64,000 bases of DNA, taken from Ophelia neglecta. Lineage: Eukaryota. Both the position numbers and the translations under genes were made by a program. Position 1 is the stretch's first letter. Each line of letters opens with the position of its first letter. The notes below the pieces were generated by a model. The model ran no database searches and was not told the DNA's origin. It worked only from the letters and a program-made list of their open reading frames with translations. The DNA lies in NCBI GenBank assembly GCA_965285935.1, contig OZ260662.1:20584001-20648000 (forward strand), given 5' to 3'. Shown here piece by piece: positions 1 through 12,560 of the stretch.

Positions 1-1119
1 TCTAATTTTTTTATTGAATAAAAATTGGCGGGCATTAACTAAATAAAATATAACGCAGAAGGGAAAACCTTGAAAAAATGGAAAAATTTGAAAGGGTGGA
101 CTTAGCACTGTATTAGTTTAGGGAAATTTGATTTCTGATTCGGATAGTAGTAATGTAATGTAGATTCAACAGACCAACATCGACTTACATATCATATAGC
201 ACTATACTGTTTACATCTTAAAGATATTTGACCACTTGACGCCTGTGTCCCGCTACCTATGTATAACTAGTTGTACTAAGGCTGCTGCGGAGAAGCGTCC
301 AGTGTACCTGTGGATTAATTATAATTTATTATTATTTAATTTTAATTGTAGCATAAACAATAAAAATATAAGCTATGGCAAATAGATTTGTGAATTTAAT
401 GTAAAACCTGAACAGATGTTGGCATACACAGTATGTTCACGTTTAAAGGAAGAAAGTTTGATCGTTTTTTTCCATAGAACAAACGGCCTGTCAGAAGATG
501 TTGCCGAAAATGTTAAGTAAAGTTATGAGATTTATCGTGCGCCTTAATATGGACCAAAATTCGCATGTACCGGATAAGAAATCCTCTTTCAATGTTTAAT
601 GACAGTTACGAGTCTTGACACGAAAAAAGGAGTTATCAATTATATGTCATTCAAAATAATTCTTTCGGGGAACTTCCTTTCAACTAAGACAATTATAACA
701 AAACACATGTTGTGACCGTTGTATTCATTTTGGGAATTAGGCAAGGTATTCGAATTGCAACAATCGTGTTTTAAGATGTATTCGTTCAGGTCAGCGCAAA
801 AACTTATTTATTCTATTTTTTATTAATTGAAACAACCGGCGTTTTGCGCTGTGCCAAATTATTTCATACGCGACCGAGGACCTGACTGTTTTTATTTATT
901 TTTTGACTTTCCACCTTATCTTATGTATTGTCACAAATATTAATACTTTCACGTACTTTTCCGTCATATGAGTAAAATTTACGTAGACAGAGAGATGTTT
1001 TATAAAGAACTATTTTTACCATCATTAATTGTTGTTATGCGAAAACGTTTCTATGTTTTGTCCTCAATACAGATCACTAACAAACCGAATTTCTAGAACA
1101 TTGTATTATCTTCTTTCAG

Positions 1120-2132
1120 AATACAAAATAACGGACTACCTTTATCATCGAGGCACATCAAAACTGGTAGCAAACATTTACTTCATGAGAGAAGCTTCAG
1201 ATACGGAGGTATAGTATCATAAATATCAAAAAAATACTTTTAGTTATTTATAAAGCTACAGGAGTTAGACCTTCATGCAACGCAATACCCAATGTATTAC
1301 AATAGGGACTGTAATGTGATTGAACATTTCATTCTGATCTCCCCAGAAGGGAACAGGGGTAATCATTCTTATTAATTAAAAAAACCATCAAAAATGATTG
1401 CAGCAACTTTTTGCTATGCTCAACGGACAAGCATAAACAAAGTTTATGGAATATGAAAATATATGGTGTGAACATACAAACTTGCCGAAATTTGACTTGT
1501 AAAGTTGTCTTTTAGCGTAGAACAAGTATTTGTATTTGCACCATAACCTGCTTTCAAAATTGAATTCTGTTATTTCCTAATGTTTTTGTTTATGACCGTT
1601 TGTGCAATTTGATGTTCATTCAGTACTTTCCCACACCCCTTGCCTGTTCACAAAACTTAAGAAACTTAAGGTTATCATACTGCGATGGACGTAATACAGT
1701 ACATAAAAAATATAAAGAACTTATGACCTTCATCTGCTATATCAATACGATCAATTTTAGTATCCTTAAATGTTAAATAGTCACCCGTTTCTATAGGTTA
1801 TACCATTCTTCAATGGTAAACGAAGCAAACAATATTTCAAATAAAATGGGAGAGTCCGGTTGGATTAATAGCTTTAATTCGACGGTCTTAAAGTTAGATT
1901 TTTACTCTAAATTTATGCTCAAATTTAGGATTTCGCAGAAATGAATAATTTAATGAGTATTTTATTAATCAGTCGTATGCATAATAAACACTGTTCGCTA
2001 ACTTACATAGACATTTTTTAAACATTCCAGTATGAGAAGTTCCGGGAATTCATTGACGAAGTTGTACCATCAGGGAGGGAACCTCTCCCCCAGTCAATAT
2101 TTGTGATTGAAAAGCCCAAACATACCTGTTGA
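1120..2132 (+). CDS. HNMT-like methyltransferase copy A, last two exons (exon 6 1120-1208, exon 7 2031-2132); earlier exons lie upstream of the window
   Basis: ctttcag|AATAC..GAG|gtatag encodes (E)YKITDYLYHRGTSKLVANIYFMREASDTE; ttccag|TAT..TGA encodes YEKFREFIDEVVPSGREPLPQSIFVIEKPKHTC*. Phases are compatible and the same exons occur in three other copies. Confidence 0.85.
1290..1900 (-). mobile_element. Highly decayed LINE ORF2 C-terminal remnant in intron 6 (also in the other gene copies)
   Basis: Broken minus-strand peptides such as TEFNFESRL and the paralogous SEGRKGRRSNELCICL resemble the KFR..GR..ER.C..C end of LINE ORF2; many stops and frameshifts. Confidence 0.35.
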
Positions 2133-2440
2133 TGGGAAGAATATTATAATACAATTTGCGCTGCTTGCCCAATATAATACGAACGTACAGTATAAGAACA
2201 AGTTCGTGACTCTATTTTTTTAATTTACTTTATCCATAATTGATAAATAGTTATTGATGAGACACAAATGATAAATATATGTATCAGTTTGATGATAAGG
2301 TTGATGCACTGTGAACGAATCAACCAGTGCTTATAAGCTTTATTATACAGTTTTATATACCATATAGATTGTTTATAGAAATTAATATCATTATATTACA
2401 AACTGTCTTTTTTTTTTATTCGTATGAGAATGAGTCCAGC

Positions 2441-2446
2441 AATAAA
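2441..2446 (+). terminator. Candidate polyadenylation signal of copy A (also at 44680-44685 in copy C)
   Basis: AATAAA about 310 nt after the stop codon, followed by T/GT-rich sequence. Confidence 0.4.
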
Positions 2447-5400
2447 CTTATTTTTCGTTTATCAGGTTGTAGTTTTGACAGCGAGATATCGGCGCCATAA
2501 TGATTTGAAGTGATACAATTTATCAATTTAAATGCGTTTGCAGGCTTCAAAGGTCATTGACCTGGACTTTGTCTTCCATGATAGAGATATAAATTAACAA
2601 TAATAATCACATAATATATAATAGGGATAAAGCAAGTCATCATTAGTTCGAAACTAATTAAAGTCAAAGAAACTTCCTATGGATATTATGTCTAAGAAAC
2701 CGCGAGATCAAAAAGACACCATATTACATTGGCATTGACTGTCCTACCCTTTACTATAACGCTTCTTAATGTGTACATTAAATTACAAATTGTAAAATTT
2801 TGTCCGAAATATACACTCATATTCTAGGAGTAATTGGAAACGCCAACTTCTCTAATTATTTTTAACCACTACCTGTACCATTTGTAATTTGTGAGATCAG
2901 AAACACATTATATTGAATTGGCCTTGACAGTCCTACCACTAAATATAACGCTTCTAGCTACAAAAATTCCAATGCTCATTCCTAGTACACCGACTCGAGT
3001 GTGATATATACATCCAATAGTGATGTGTCGTACCTGTCAAAAAAACATTGCTTGATATGTACATTAAATTACAAATTGTAAAAATTTGTCCGAAATGTAC
3101 ACTCATATTTTTGCTCTTTAAAGCCAACTAATCAATTATTTTTTAAGCCACCAGCTGAGCCAGTTGCAAATCGAAAACAAAGATTAGTCATTGACTGAAG
3201 ACACGTAAGAAAAGAAAAGTAATACGAACAAGCAGACGGAGCATACATTTTATCACAAAACAAGTGGACACATCAAATTTGATCCACATTCAAATACTTA
3301 CCTTGATGGCCGAGTTATCTTGGAATCTCTTTCATTGTGTTTCTTTTTTATAAAAATCAATCAGTTGAACATTTGAAAATCAAACAAAACAAACTAAAAC
3401 AAAAAGCACTGAAGTTTTAAGGAAATAGTCCTATTCCTATTAAATTTCGCATTGGGAACAGAGCTCGGCACAAATTAAAACACGAAACTTACTACTGCCA
3501 CATGGGACCAAATCAAACAAATAGACATGTAACCTGTCGACACTATGCAGTTATTTCTCGGGTAACAAATTTCATATCTTTTTTTCTATGCCAATGTGAA
3601 ACAGCAGTAGAAGGCCAGAAGGATACATACACAGCCCACGTACCTTATCCCGCTAGACACCAAAAATTCGTATATCCAACGATAGTTTCATTAATCAAAA
3701 AGAGCACATACATCGATCATGATAAGTTATATTTACAAAATTTATACATTTTGGTAAATATTCTTCAGAGACTTTACTACAATACCAGAGAATCTCGCAC
3801 AGTGTACACAGCCGTGTTTACAGAATACATCTCATTCACATTTATAAGTAGTCTCATTACGCGACAGAAATTCAATTGCATGACTTTTATATATAGAAGT
3901 GAATGCACTGAAATATAGGTGTTATATTCCTCTTCTTGGGGGAGAACAAATGCACGAAATGAGGAATTTAAAGATTCTAAACTGAACAGTTAACAGTATT
4001 TGGAATAAATTATTAAATAAGAGATACTACTTATTCATACACAAAATAGGGCCACACTAATGCTAGTGGAATCTACAAGACACACTCAAAAATACGACAA
4101 ACACACGTATTCCAAGACTTGCAACATTTCCTTTGCATGTTCATTTACTGACCTCTGGGGAGCCATCGAGTATTTGTAGAATAGGACCCTTAGAATTCTG
4201 TGACGTTTCCACCCAATATGAGACAGATTATGACATAAAATGTAACAACATGTACATAGAATGTAAGGAAGCAGCAATCTGGGCGTTATCAATAATCCGA
4301 CCTTAGGGTTCTCCTCGCCAAAGGATCCATAGAGACAGGTGCTTATCCCGTGTTACGGTGCCTATTATGGGCACACCCATCAACCTGGTAATCTATGTTT
4401 ACGGTACAGCACCAAACAACTAGTGGCTTTACGTCATCACAACCAGATGCAGCAGAGTGCGCTGTGCCGAACAAGATAAACAAGTGAGTTATGACCTTAG
4501 GGGACAGTTCAGAAGGTCGCAGAAGACATCCGAAAATTTTCCTGCCCATCTAACTGAGTGGCTAGGTCCTGATAATTTTGTCGAAGAACAAGTATATAAA
4601 TACAGTTATCCACTTGAACGTGGGTAGAACTGAAAGCAATGACCGATAAACTGTTGAATCTGCGACCTCAAGATGTTGTTGGTTACGTTCTGCCGCTACC
4701 AGATGTGAGCGAAAACAAGAAAGTTGGTTTTTAAACGATGGCTGCCCGTCCGAGAATTTAAAAGTCATATAGTTCAGAGTCGAAGACATCCATAATATTC
4801 CGGTTAACTGAAGATTCGCGTTACAAGTTTTTATCAGTTTAGGTATGTTAGTTTTCATCTGTTCTTCTACAGTGTTGGCCTAGGCATTATTTTGTTACGC
4901 CTATAAATAATGGTGACTGATACTATTTAATTCCGGGAGTTCGCCGGGTGCTAGAAATGCGCCAAGCAACAATTGACTGTACACTGTACTACGTGTGATG
5001 TGCGAGGCCATCTTGAGAAATCTGTCTCCTGCAGGTTCAGGGCACATCCGGCGAGAAAATCTCGCGTGACGTAATTATTTTTGCAGAGCTATAGCCTTGC
5101 GATGTCATCGAGGTCATACGGCTGCATAGGGCAGCTAACATTAAACTATATATGGCGAATCAAATGACACTCCATTGATGTCAATGTATGTGACAAAGAA
5201 ACCAGTTGCACAGTATAACATGCTGAATTCTTATCCTATTAGCCATTCATACTTATGGCAACACTTGTAATTAATACTAATTAATCTAACATTTAACAGT
5301 TCTAAATGCTTATACTTTATACGGTTTTATTGTATTGGTATTAATAAAGTATGTATTAAGGGGGGCAATCGGACACGGAACAATTGTTTGTACCTGGAGA

Positions 5401-6195
5401 CAAACTGTTTTCTTTCCGCATTACATTCACTTTATTCTGATGAGGCTGAAAAAGCTGTACGAAATGCGATTTTTTTGGGCACATCTTTAATTAAAATTTA
5501 TTGAAGTGGGACAAGTGACAAAACCTAGTTTGTGTTTCTACCAAAACACAAATAAAATAATATGTTTTTCTTGAAGGATTGTATTGAAAAAGGGATCGCT
5601 GATTTTATCCCGAGTTGAATTCCAAAGGGCCGGTATAGAATCTAGTAAAATCGTCAGCAGTCTTAGAAGGTTGAACTATGTTTGCATTTATTAGTCATAA
5701 GAAAGTTCAACATGAAAAAGTACTGTTGTCTATTAGTCTTTTTGTCAAGTTATGTCAATACAATAACCTGCGAAGAAGCTTGATGTGTCTGGTTAATTAT
5801 GAGTTGTGCTATAAAGTAGAAAATACTTGTTTTACCAATATACCTATATTGCTTCAGTGATTAATCGATCTAGTACGAAGCCTTAAAATAGACCACATGC
5901 GCCCTAGCTACACAACTAAAAAAAACTATGGCACAGTTGCCACACAGTTCTAGTGGTAGGCATGTGTTTAGCATAGTCTTACCTTGACGGCGGGTGTTTA
6001 ACATGGCCTCATCCTGCCAATTGGTTTGACATGACCAACTAAAAATGGTCAATGAACTAACTGGAATTTCATGCTGCCATATTTACCGTGAATTGGTGGT
6101 AAATTAACTGTGCCGCAGTAAAATACACATCTGGTACCGAAAAGCTGTCGTACCGAACACTCAACGTGATATATAGGTGAATACACATTGCCGAA

Positions 6196-6331
6196 ATGGA
6201 TTTCCCGTTTTATTTAGAAGCCTTAAGAGAGCTCAATTCTCATACAGAAGAAGTAGAGTATGATTTTTTCAAGCAGGATGATGGTTTTCTGGGTATAACT
6301 TCCGCTCGAAGATTACTCAGCTTAGGAGCCG
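6196..6331 (+). CDS. HNMT-like coding exon 1, variant 1 (intact; distal to body B)
   Basis: gccgaaATGG start; MDFPFYLEALRELNSHTEEVEYDFFKQDDGFLGITSARRLLSLGA(G); 136 nt; donor G|GTAAGT in phase 1, matching exon 2. Confidence 0.8.
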
Positions 6332-9041
6332 GTAAGTAAAAAAAAATTACCTTATTAATCACTATATAAGATAGAACCAGTCCATAGAGTACTAAATTTT
6401 CTCAGCCATATGTTTTGTTCCCAATCAATGAGAGAAGTCTGTGGGTCATTTTTAATACTGTCTCATTTTATCGAAAAAAGAGAGTTTCTCAAACACTTTT
6501 CATTCCAAAGTGTTGATGGAGGGTAAATTTTTTCCCAAGTACTAAAACATCAGTTATTAATGAAGGAAAAGCGCAATTCTCCAGTCAACCGTCTTTAATA
6601 ATAGGTTTTTGCAAATAAATGCTGACAGTCTGCTCCAAAACTTTCCAGGCCGCTTAGTCCAGTGGCAGATGAACCCCCAAAAATGGACCAACAATATTTT
6701 GCTTTTTTTTTGGTCTACTGATCAAGAATAATGCCACTTCGGTACGCTTGAAGAATTTGAAATATCAAGTTGGCGGCCATTTTATAAAGTTGGCAATTGG
6801 TGGATTATATGTTGAGGTATTTAGAATTTGATTAAAGGGGGGGGGGAGGGATGATAAACATTATTTGTAATTATCAAGTTAATAAAGTAAATGAAGAATT
6901 AACTGACACTGAAATATAGAAAATGTCCGACAATGTGGCCGTCATTTACCCCTTTGTTGACTGTATATTGCCTGAGGTAAATGTCTGAATAAACGGTATT
7001 ATTTTTAAGAATTAAGTAATGGTTTCAGAACATATTGTTGTTTATTAAGACTCCACATATCTGGTGCATCATTCCTAATATATGTTTGATTTATGTATGA
7101 TATTCATATAATTACCCATTACACATGAGTCAGATGCTAATCGTAGTTTATGCAGTCTCATTCATGCTAAATTATACATTGTGATTTATAAGCGTCATGT
7201 ACACACCCTGTACTAAGAAAAGAAATAACATACTATGGTGGTTATCAATTCTTTCATCACGTTTCCAATTTTACAACATAATTCATTCAACACATCAAGT
7301 ACAAACCATGTACAGGGTGAAGTATTAACCATCGATGATTGGAAAACTTTATATTGAAAGCATAAAATTGATACCACACGCAATGAGGTGAAGCCAACAG
7401 TTTTCCATGACGGGAGTCAGAACACAAAACTAATGAATCAGTGGTCCACAGGACCCAGCTGAATTGTGCCCCAGGAGAGCTCTCCATAATACAGTGTTAG
7501 ACTCTTTTGTAATTATATCGCCTCGTTAATGCAATATAATGTTAACTATGAATACCATTCACGCTTTTATTGTGATTAAACATTCACTTGCATGTGCCAA
7601 GATATTATGTCAGTATGAAGCAGATACTATAACATTAGGAAGATGATGCACATGGCCCCTAGCTCTAGGACGTGCGGAATAGATCCCCCACGACAATTGC
7701 AATTTTACTGCATGTTCATCGTCTGCTCTGGTTGAAGGCAAATCGCTTACCTAAATACATTTCAACTCATGTACATCGGATTTTGATACTTTTTCCAAGG
7801 AAATCCTCACACAGATTGTATTTATTCGCGTATATATTTATTAATATTAACCCAAATATGTACATCTAAACATTAACACTCTGCCACACTCGATTCCATT
7901 TCTAGAGAAGGCTAAACTACTATATTCCTTTCATAGTTTCCTACTAATTTTCATTCCGTTTGTAAGAATGAGGGTATAGTCTAATTTGTCATCCACACTC
8001 ACATGTTAAGCCCAATATATATTTAATAGCCTTCCTGTTATTGAATATTCGTATTTCCTTGTTCTTTAATAGATTTATGTATTGCCTTGGTTTCGGAAGT
8101 TTGAATGAGATTGCCCACAGCTGTGACACCACAGTTGCAGCTTTATCAGACAGTATTCCCGCCGAAATTGGTATGATATTCAGTGGAAAGAATAATAAAT
8201 TAAAACGACTTAAGCGTCAATAACTTCGATTAATAGGACATAAGCATATTTTAAATAACTTTGCCAATATTTAATACGCATTTCTACAAGCATGTTAAAG
8301 TTCATAAAAGAATATGAATTTATTAATATTTATGAATTAGTATTTCCAGATGACAATATCGGTTTTTGCGCATAGCTGTTTAGATTTCACAATCCCAAAT
8401 ATGTGGTTAGATGGCATATAAATGGTTTATAAAATATATCTGACAAACGTAATGAATTGTTTTTGGCTCGCTGACGTAGCAATAGGAACCACATTGGCCT
8501 TCAGCAAAGTAAAGTACTCGGAAAATATCACTTGCTATTATCATATATATATGTCCCATCCCCTGCAGTTTGTTCCCGTTTCAGTAACAAAGAATGTGCA
8601 GGCTGACATTGATACCCCAATAAATGCACCACGGCCACATGTCAAAAAGAAAGTATACCTCTTGGCCAGTCAACGTCATGCACATGCAGGCTGACACCGA
8701 TCTCTAATAAATGTTTGATTTCTTAGATTACCAACCTAAACTTTCTGGTGACCTCTCACTCATCGGTCATACGGAACCCTTAACTAGGACAGTGTATATC
8801 AAATCGCAAAACCCTACTGTTGCTTCATTTATCAAATAACCTGAAGCCTTTGCATATTTATCAATAAATTACTATTATAGAAATGTTAGCTGAATGTTCC
8901 TGATGTAGGTGACACAAGAATTCCGAAGTGCATCCCAGCGAACTAACATGAAAACATGATAAACAGCCTCATATATGCAGACATATTTCTTTTTGGCAAT
9001 GCTGTACTAGAATCAACAAACGTAACTAGTTCATCGACAGG

Positions 9042-9993
9042 TCTTTGAGCATTTCATGTGATGGAATCCCCATAAACTGTAAAACAACGGTTCGGTATTT
9101 TAGAGGTACCCTGGAACAAACTATGAGTGGTGAAGTGATGGGGAAACTGGTAGTTAAAAAGGTAAATTCCAAAATAAAATTCTTGTATAGGAACTCCATG
9201 TTTATTCCATGTGGCGTAAGAAAATTATTGTGTATGTCACTTGTTCAGTCAAATTTTGACTATGGTGCTAAATTTTGGTATTCTGGTTTGACGAAGCACA
9301 CTAAAGATGGATTTCAGTGTGCTCAGAACAAAATTGTTAGATTTATTTTAAACCTTGAAAGTAGGGCACATGTTGGTAATCCTCTTAATTTTTAAGGATC
9401 TATCTATTTTGCCTGTATCTCTTAGAAGTCATTATATGACTAGTGTTCTGATGTATAAATGCTTAAATAACATGGCTCCGAAATAAATGAATAATTTTGT
9501 GAGAGTTAGAGATGTTCATAACCATTGTACTAGAGGTAGTCTGTTCAATGTGGTATTGCCAAAGGCTAATGGGAATGTTGGAAAAGGTTCTTTTATGTAT
9601 CAGGGTGCTATGACTTGGAACAATCTTCCCAGCCATGTAAAGTCAGCTGTTAATGTTGATACTTTTAAGTGTACAAGTAAGGCTTATTTTCTTGGCCTGT
9701 TGACCTAATTAGTTGAAACAGGTTCTGTTGTATGGCGATGGAAGTGTATTATATTTTATTATGTAGGTGCTAAATATGGTTTTGGTGGAATTGATGTATG
9801 CATACCCCTGGGACCACCATGGAAATAAGTTACTATTGTGGTGACTTTCTGGTGCTATCCTTTTCACTGTGATGCAAGTCTAGTCTGTCCTGTGCCATTT
9901 AGTCATGCATATATATGTGCAATATCATTTTATAGTTTACTTGTATTTTTGATGTTTACAGTGAATAAACTTAACTAAACTAAACTAAACTAA
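9042..9993 (+). mobile_element. 5'-truncated CR1/L2-group (Crack-like) LINE, 3' end
   Basis: ORF2 C-terminal peptides (KVNSKIKFLYR, LVQSNFDYG, QNKIVRFIL, SFMYQGAMTWNNLP), then AATAAA and a (CTAAA)n tail; absent from the paralogous site near 13530. Confidence 0.85.
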
Positions 9994-11178
9994 ATGTTAT
10001 TAGCCTGCCTATTGCTGGTACTGTCTCAGGCCTTGAGTGTCGTTCACCCCGTAGCCCCTCGTGTTCCCCCCAAAGAAATTCTCGACTTCGAGGAGGTCTT
10101 TGGCGTCGATGACGTCCTGAATATTTACTTGGTCTATCAGCCTATAGCTAGATAATTTAATTTATGCAAAAAGAAACCTCCTTTATGCAATAGCCATTTG
10201 CCATCGCCTAATCTCAGAGACCATGGGGTTATACGGAAATTGTATTGGATATTTTTTCCTTGAATTCAAAGTGGTTGTCATTTACTCTAAGCACACCCTA
10301 AATATAAAGTTTGCCCTGTTGACAGAATAAACTATTTCATTTAACATTTAGCGTGTAGACAAATAATTAAATTGTATTGGCAAAACCGCGATTTTTACTT
10401 CATATGGGCCTTATGCAAACACGGCGGACAATCTTTTATTTTTTTTTCTCTCAAAAAGTCGGAAAAAATGGCAGGTGCAAAAAATATTTACCCCTGGTGT
10501 GAAAGTCATCGACGCCGGTCATAAAAATGGTGCTGCCCGGCAACATCTTGTTTTGCGACGAAATTATTTACGGATTTAAACTTAGGCTCGGCTCATTCCA
10601 AAGTTGTATCATTTGACCGCTAAAGGCACTGATGCTATACCGATGAGATGGATTAAATCTATTCTCCAGTCTCGATGCGTTTTGGCCCGGTATGCAGGAC
10701 ATAGAAGTATGAAATATAGTTGTGCTATAGAAAGTAGAGAATACTTGTTTTACAAATTGGCCTATATTGCTTCAGCGATTGGTTCATCTAGTACGAAGCT
10801 AATAAATAGCCCAGATGCGCCCTAGCGGCAAGCTTTACAAAAGAACTATGACAACGTTTCATCGCATTACTAATGCTAGACATGTATTTAGCACAGGCTT
10901 ACCTTGACGGCGAGTGTTTAGCATGGCCTCATCTTGCCGCCCGGTTGGTTTAGCATGAGTCAAATTGCTAGGCGGGCAACAAAAACGTAGTAATATAGTA
11001 CAGCACACTGGAGCTTAAGCGCTAGAACTGGGTTATGAACTCACTGGCATAGCCCGCTGCCATATTTACCGTGAATTAGTGGTTACTTAACTGTTCCGCA
11101 GTAAAATACTCATCTGGTACCGAAAAGCTGTCATACCGAACACTCAACGGGATATATAGGTGAATACACTTTGCCGAA

Positions 11179-11314
11179 ATGGTTTTCCCGTTTTATTTAG
11201 AAGCTTTAAGAGAGATCAATTCTCATACAGACGAAGCAGAGTATGATTTTTTCAAGCAGCATGATGGTTTTCTACGTATAACTTCCGCTCGAAGATTTCT
11301 CAGCTTAGGAGCCG
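11179..11314 (+). CDS. HNMT-like coding exon 1, variant 2 (intact)
   Basis: MVFPFYLEALREINSHTDEAEYDFFKQHDGFLRITSARRFLSLGA(G); 136 nt; donor GTAAGC. Confidence 0.8.
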
Positions 11315-11419
11315 GTAAGCAAAAAAGATTACCTGATCAATCCCTTTAAAATAGAAAGAGTCCATAAAGTACTAACTTTTCTCAGCCATATGTTTAAGTA
11401 TGTTTTCAAGTATATAACA

Positions 11420-11616
11420 AATATGTGGACGGACAGGCTGGCTTCCGGGAGAAGCACATTTATTGACAATATTTTTGTTATGCGAGCTTTTCACGGAGAA
11501 ATGGCTAGGTGGGAAACGCCAAATATTTGCAGCAGTTGTGGAATTTAGCCGCCAACGCGTGGTACAAATTTACGAAGGCCGGCGAGAGGGGAAGAATTCT
11601 CTCATTTTTCAGACGC
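11420..11616 (+). mobile_element. Short fragment of the RTE-X-like LINE reverse transcriptase also at 29.4 and 49.1 kb
   Basis: QAGFREKH and EKWLGGKRQIFAAVVEFSR, paralogous to 49080-49295. Confidence 0.8.
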
Positions 11617-12179
11617 AGAGCCTAAGTTATGCTAACTCAATACTGCGAGTATTACAGCATCCTAGTGGCGGTTAAACGGATAGCAGGAGACAGCCATCAA
11701 CCGACTAGGCACCTTACTATCTAACAGTTGGCATGGGTGTGTGTACTGATAGTATTAAATCTACATCCCAAAACAGCAAACACAACATTAGGATGATGCA
11801 GGTGTAGTCGACAGTTGTCCATGATGGGAGTTAGAACACAAAACAAATGTGTCAGTGGTCCACGTATAGGACACAGAGGAATTGTGCCCCAGGAGAACTC
11901 CCCATAATAGAATGTTAAGCTGTTTCAAAAATGTAGATGCTACAAATGGAATTGTCTCAATAAACAAAATACCAAAGGGGCGTGTAAGAAGTATCCGCAC
12001 TGTTAAGAGGAAAGGGACTTTGAATCTCCTCGTGAATGCAATATAATGTTAATTATGAACAACAGTCACGCTTTTATTGTGATTAAACATCCACGTGCAC
12101 GTGCAACGAAATATATTATGTCAGTATGAAGCAGATACTATAACAGTAGGAAGATGATGCACATGGCCCCTAGCTGTAG

Positions 12180-12560
12180 GACGTGCGGAATAGATCCCCC
12201 ACCGCAATTGGAATTTCACTGCATGATTATCTTCTGATCAGGTTCCAGGCAAATCGCTTACCCAATTTTTCAACGCATGTAAATTTGATTATGACACTTC
12301 TTGCATGGAAACCCGCACACATATTGTATTTATTCGCGTTTATATTTATTATTATTAACCCAAATATGTGCGTCTTCACATTAACATCTGCCTCAATTCC
12401 ACACTCCAAAGAGGAATGGCCCGATTCCATTTCCAGAGAAACTTCAAATTCCTTTTATATTTTCCTACTTATTTTTATTTCCTATGTAAGAATAAGGAGC
12501 ATGGCCAATACATATCAGATTGCCTTCTTGTTATTGATTTTTTCCCTAAAACCTTGTCCT
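12180..12560 (-). mobile_element. Decayed LINE ORF1 (RRM-like) remnant; paralogue at ~7670-8040
   Basis: KRNLKFL ... VKTHIFGLIIININAN ... RSVIIKF resembles the RRNNL..G / RPIIVKF ORF1 pattern; heavily degraded. Confidence 0.35.

Noticed and set aside
3500-5110. Minus-strand ORF fragments and a CpG-rich patch (possible THAP transposase, LINE ORF1 or gene)
   Set aside because: Frames are not conserved among the four paralogous copies and no diagnostic motif is clear; left unannotated.
5437-5470. CTGATGAG-GCT..AGC-..GAAA resembling a hammerhead ribozyme core (also near 27637, 46848 and 56136)
   Set aside because: Extra bases separate stem II from GAAA, and no convincing stems I and III frame a cleavage triplet; at most a dead remnant.
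6060-6420. Nine-copy module first read as the pre-RT part of the adjacent LINE
   Set aside because: It translates cleanly as methyltransferase exon 1 with a good start context and donor; the LINE begins further downstream and follows only three copies.
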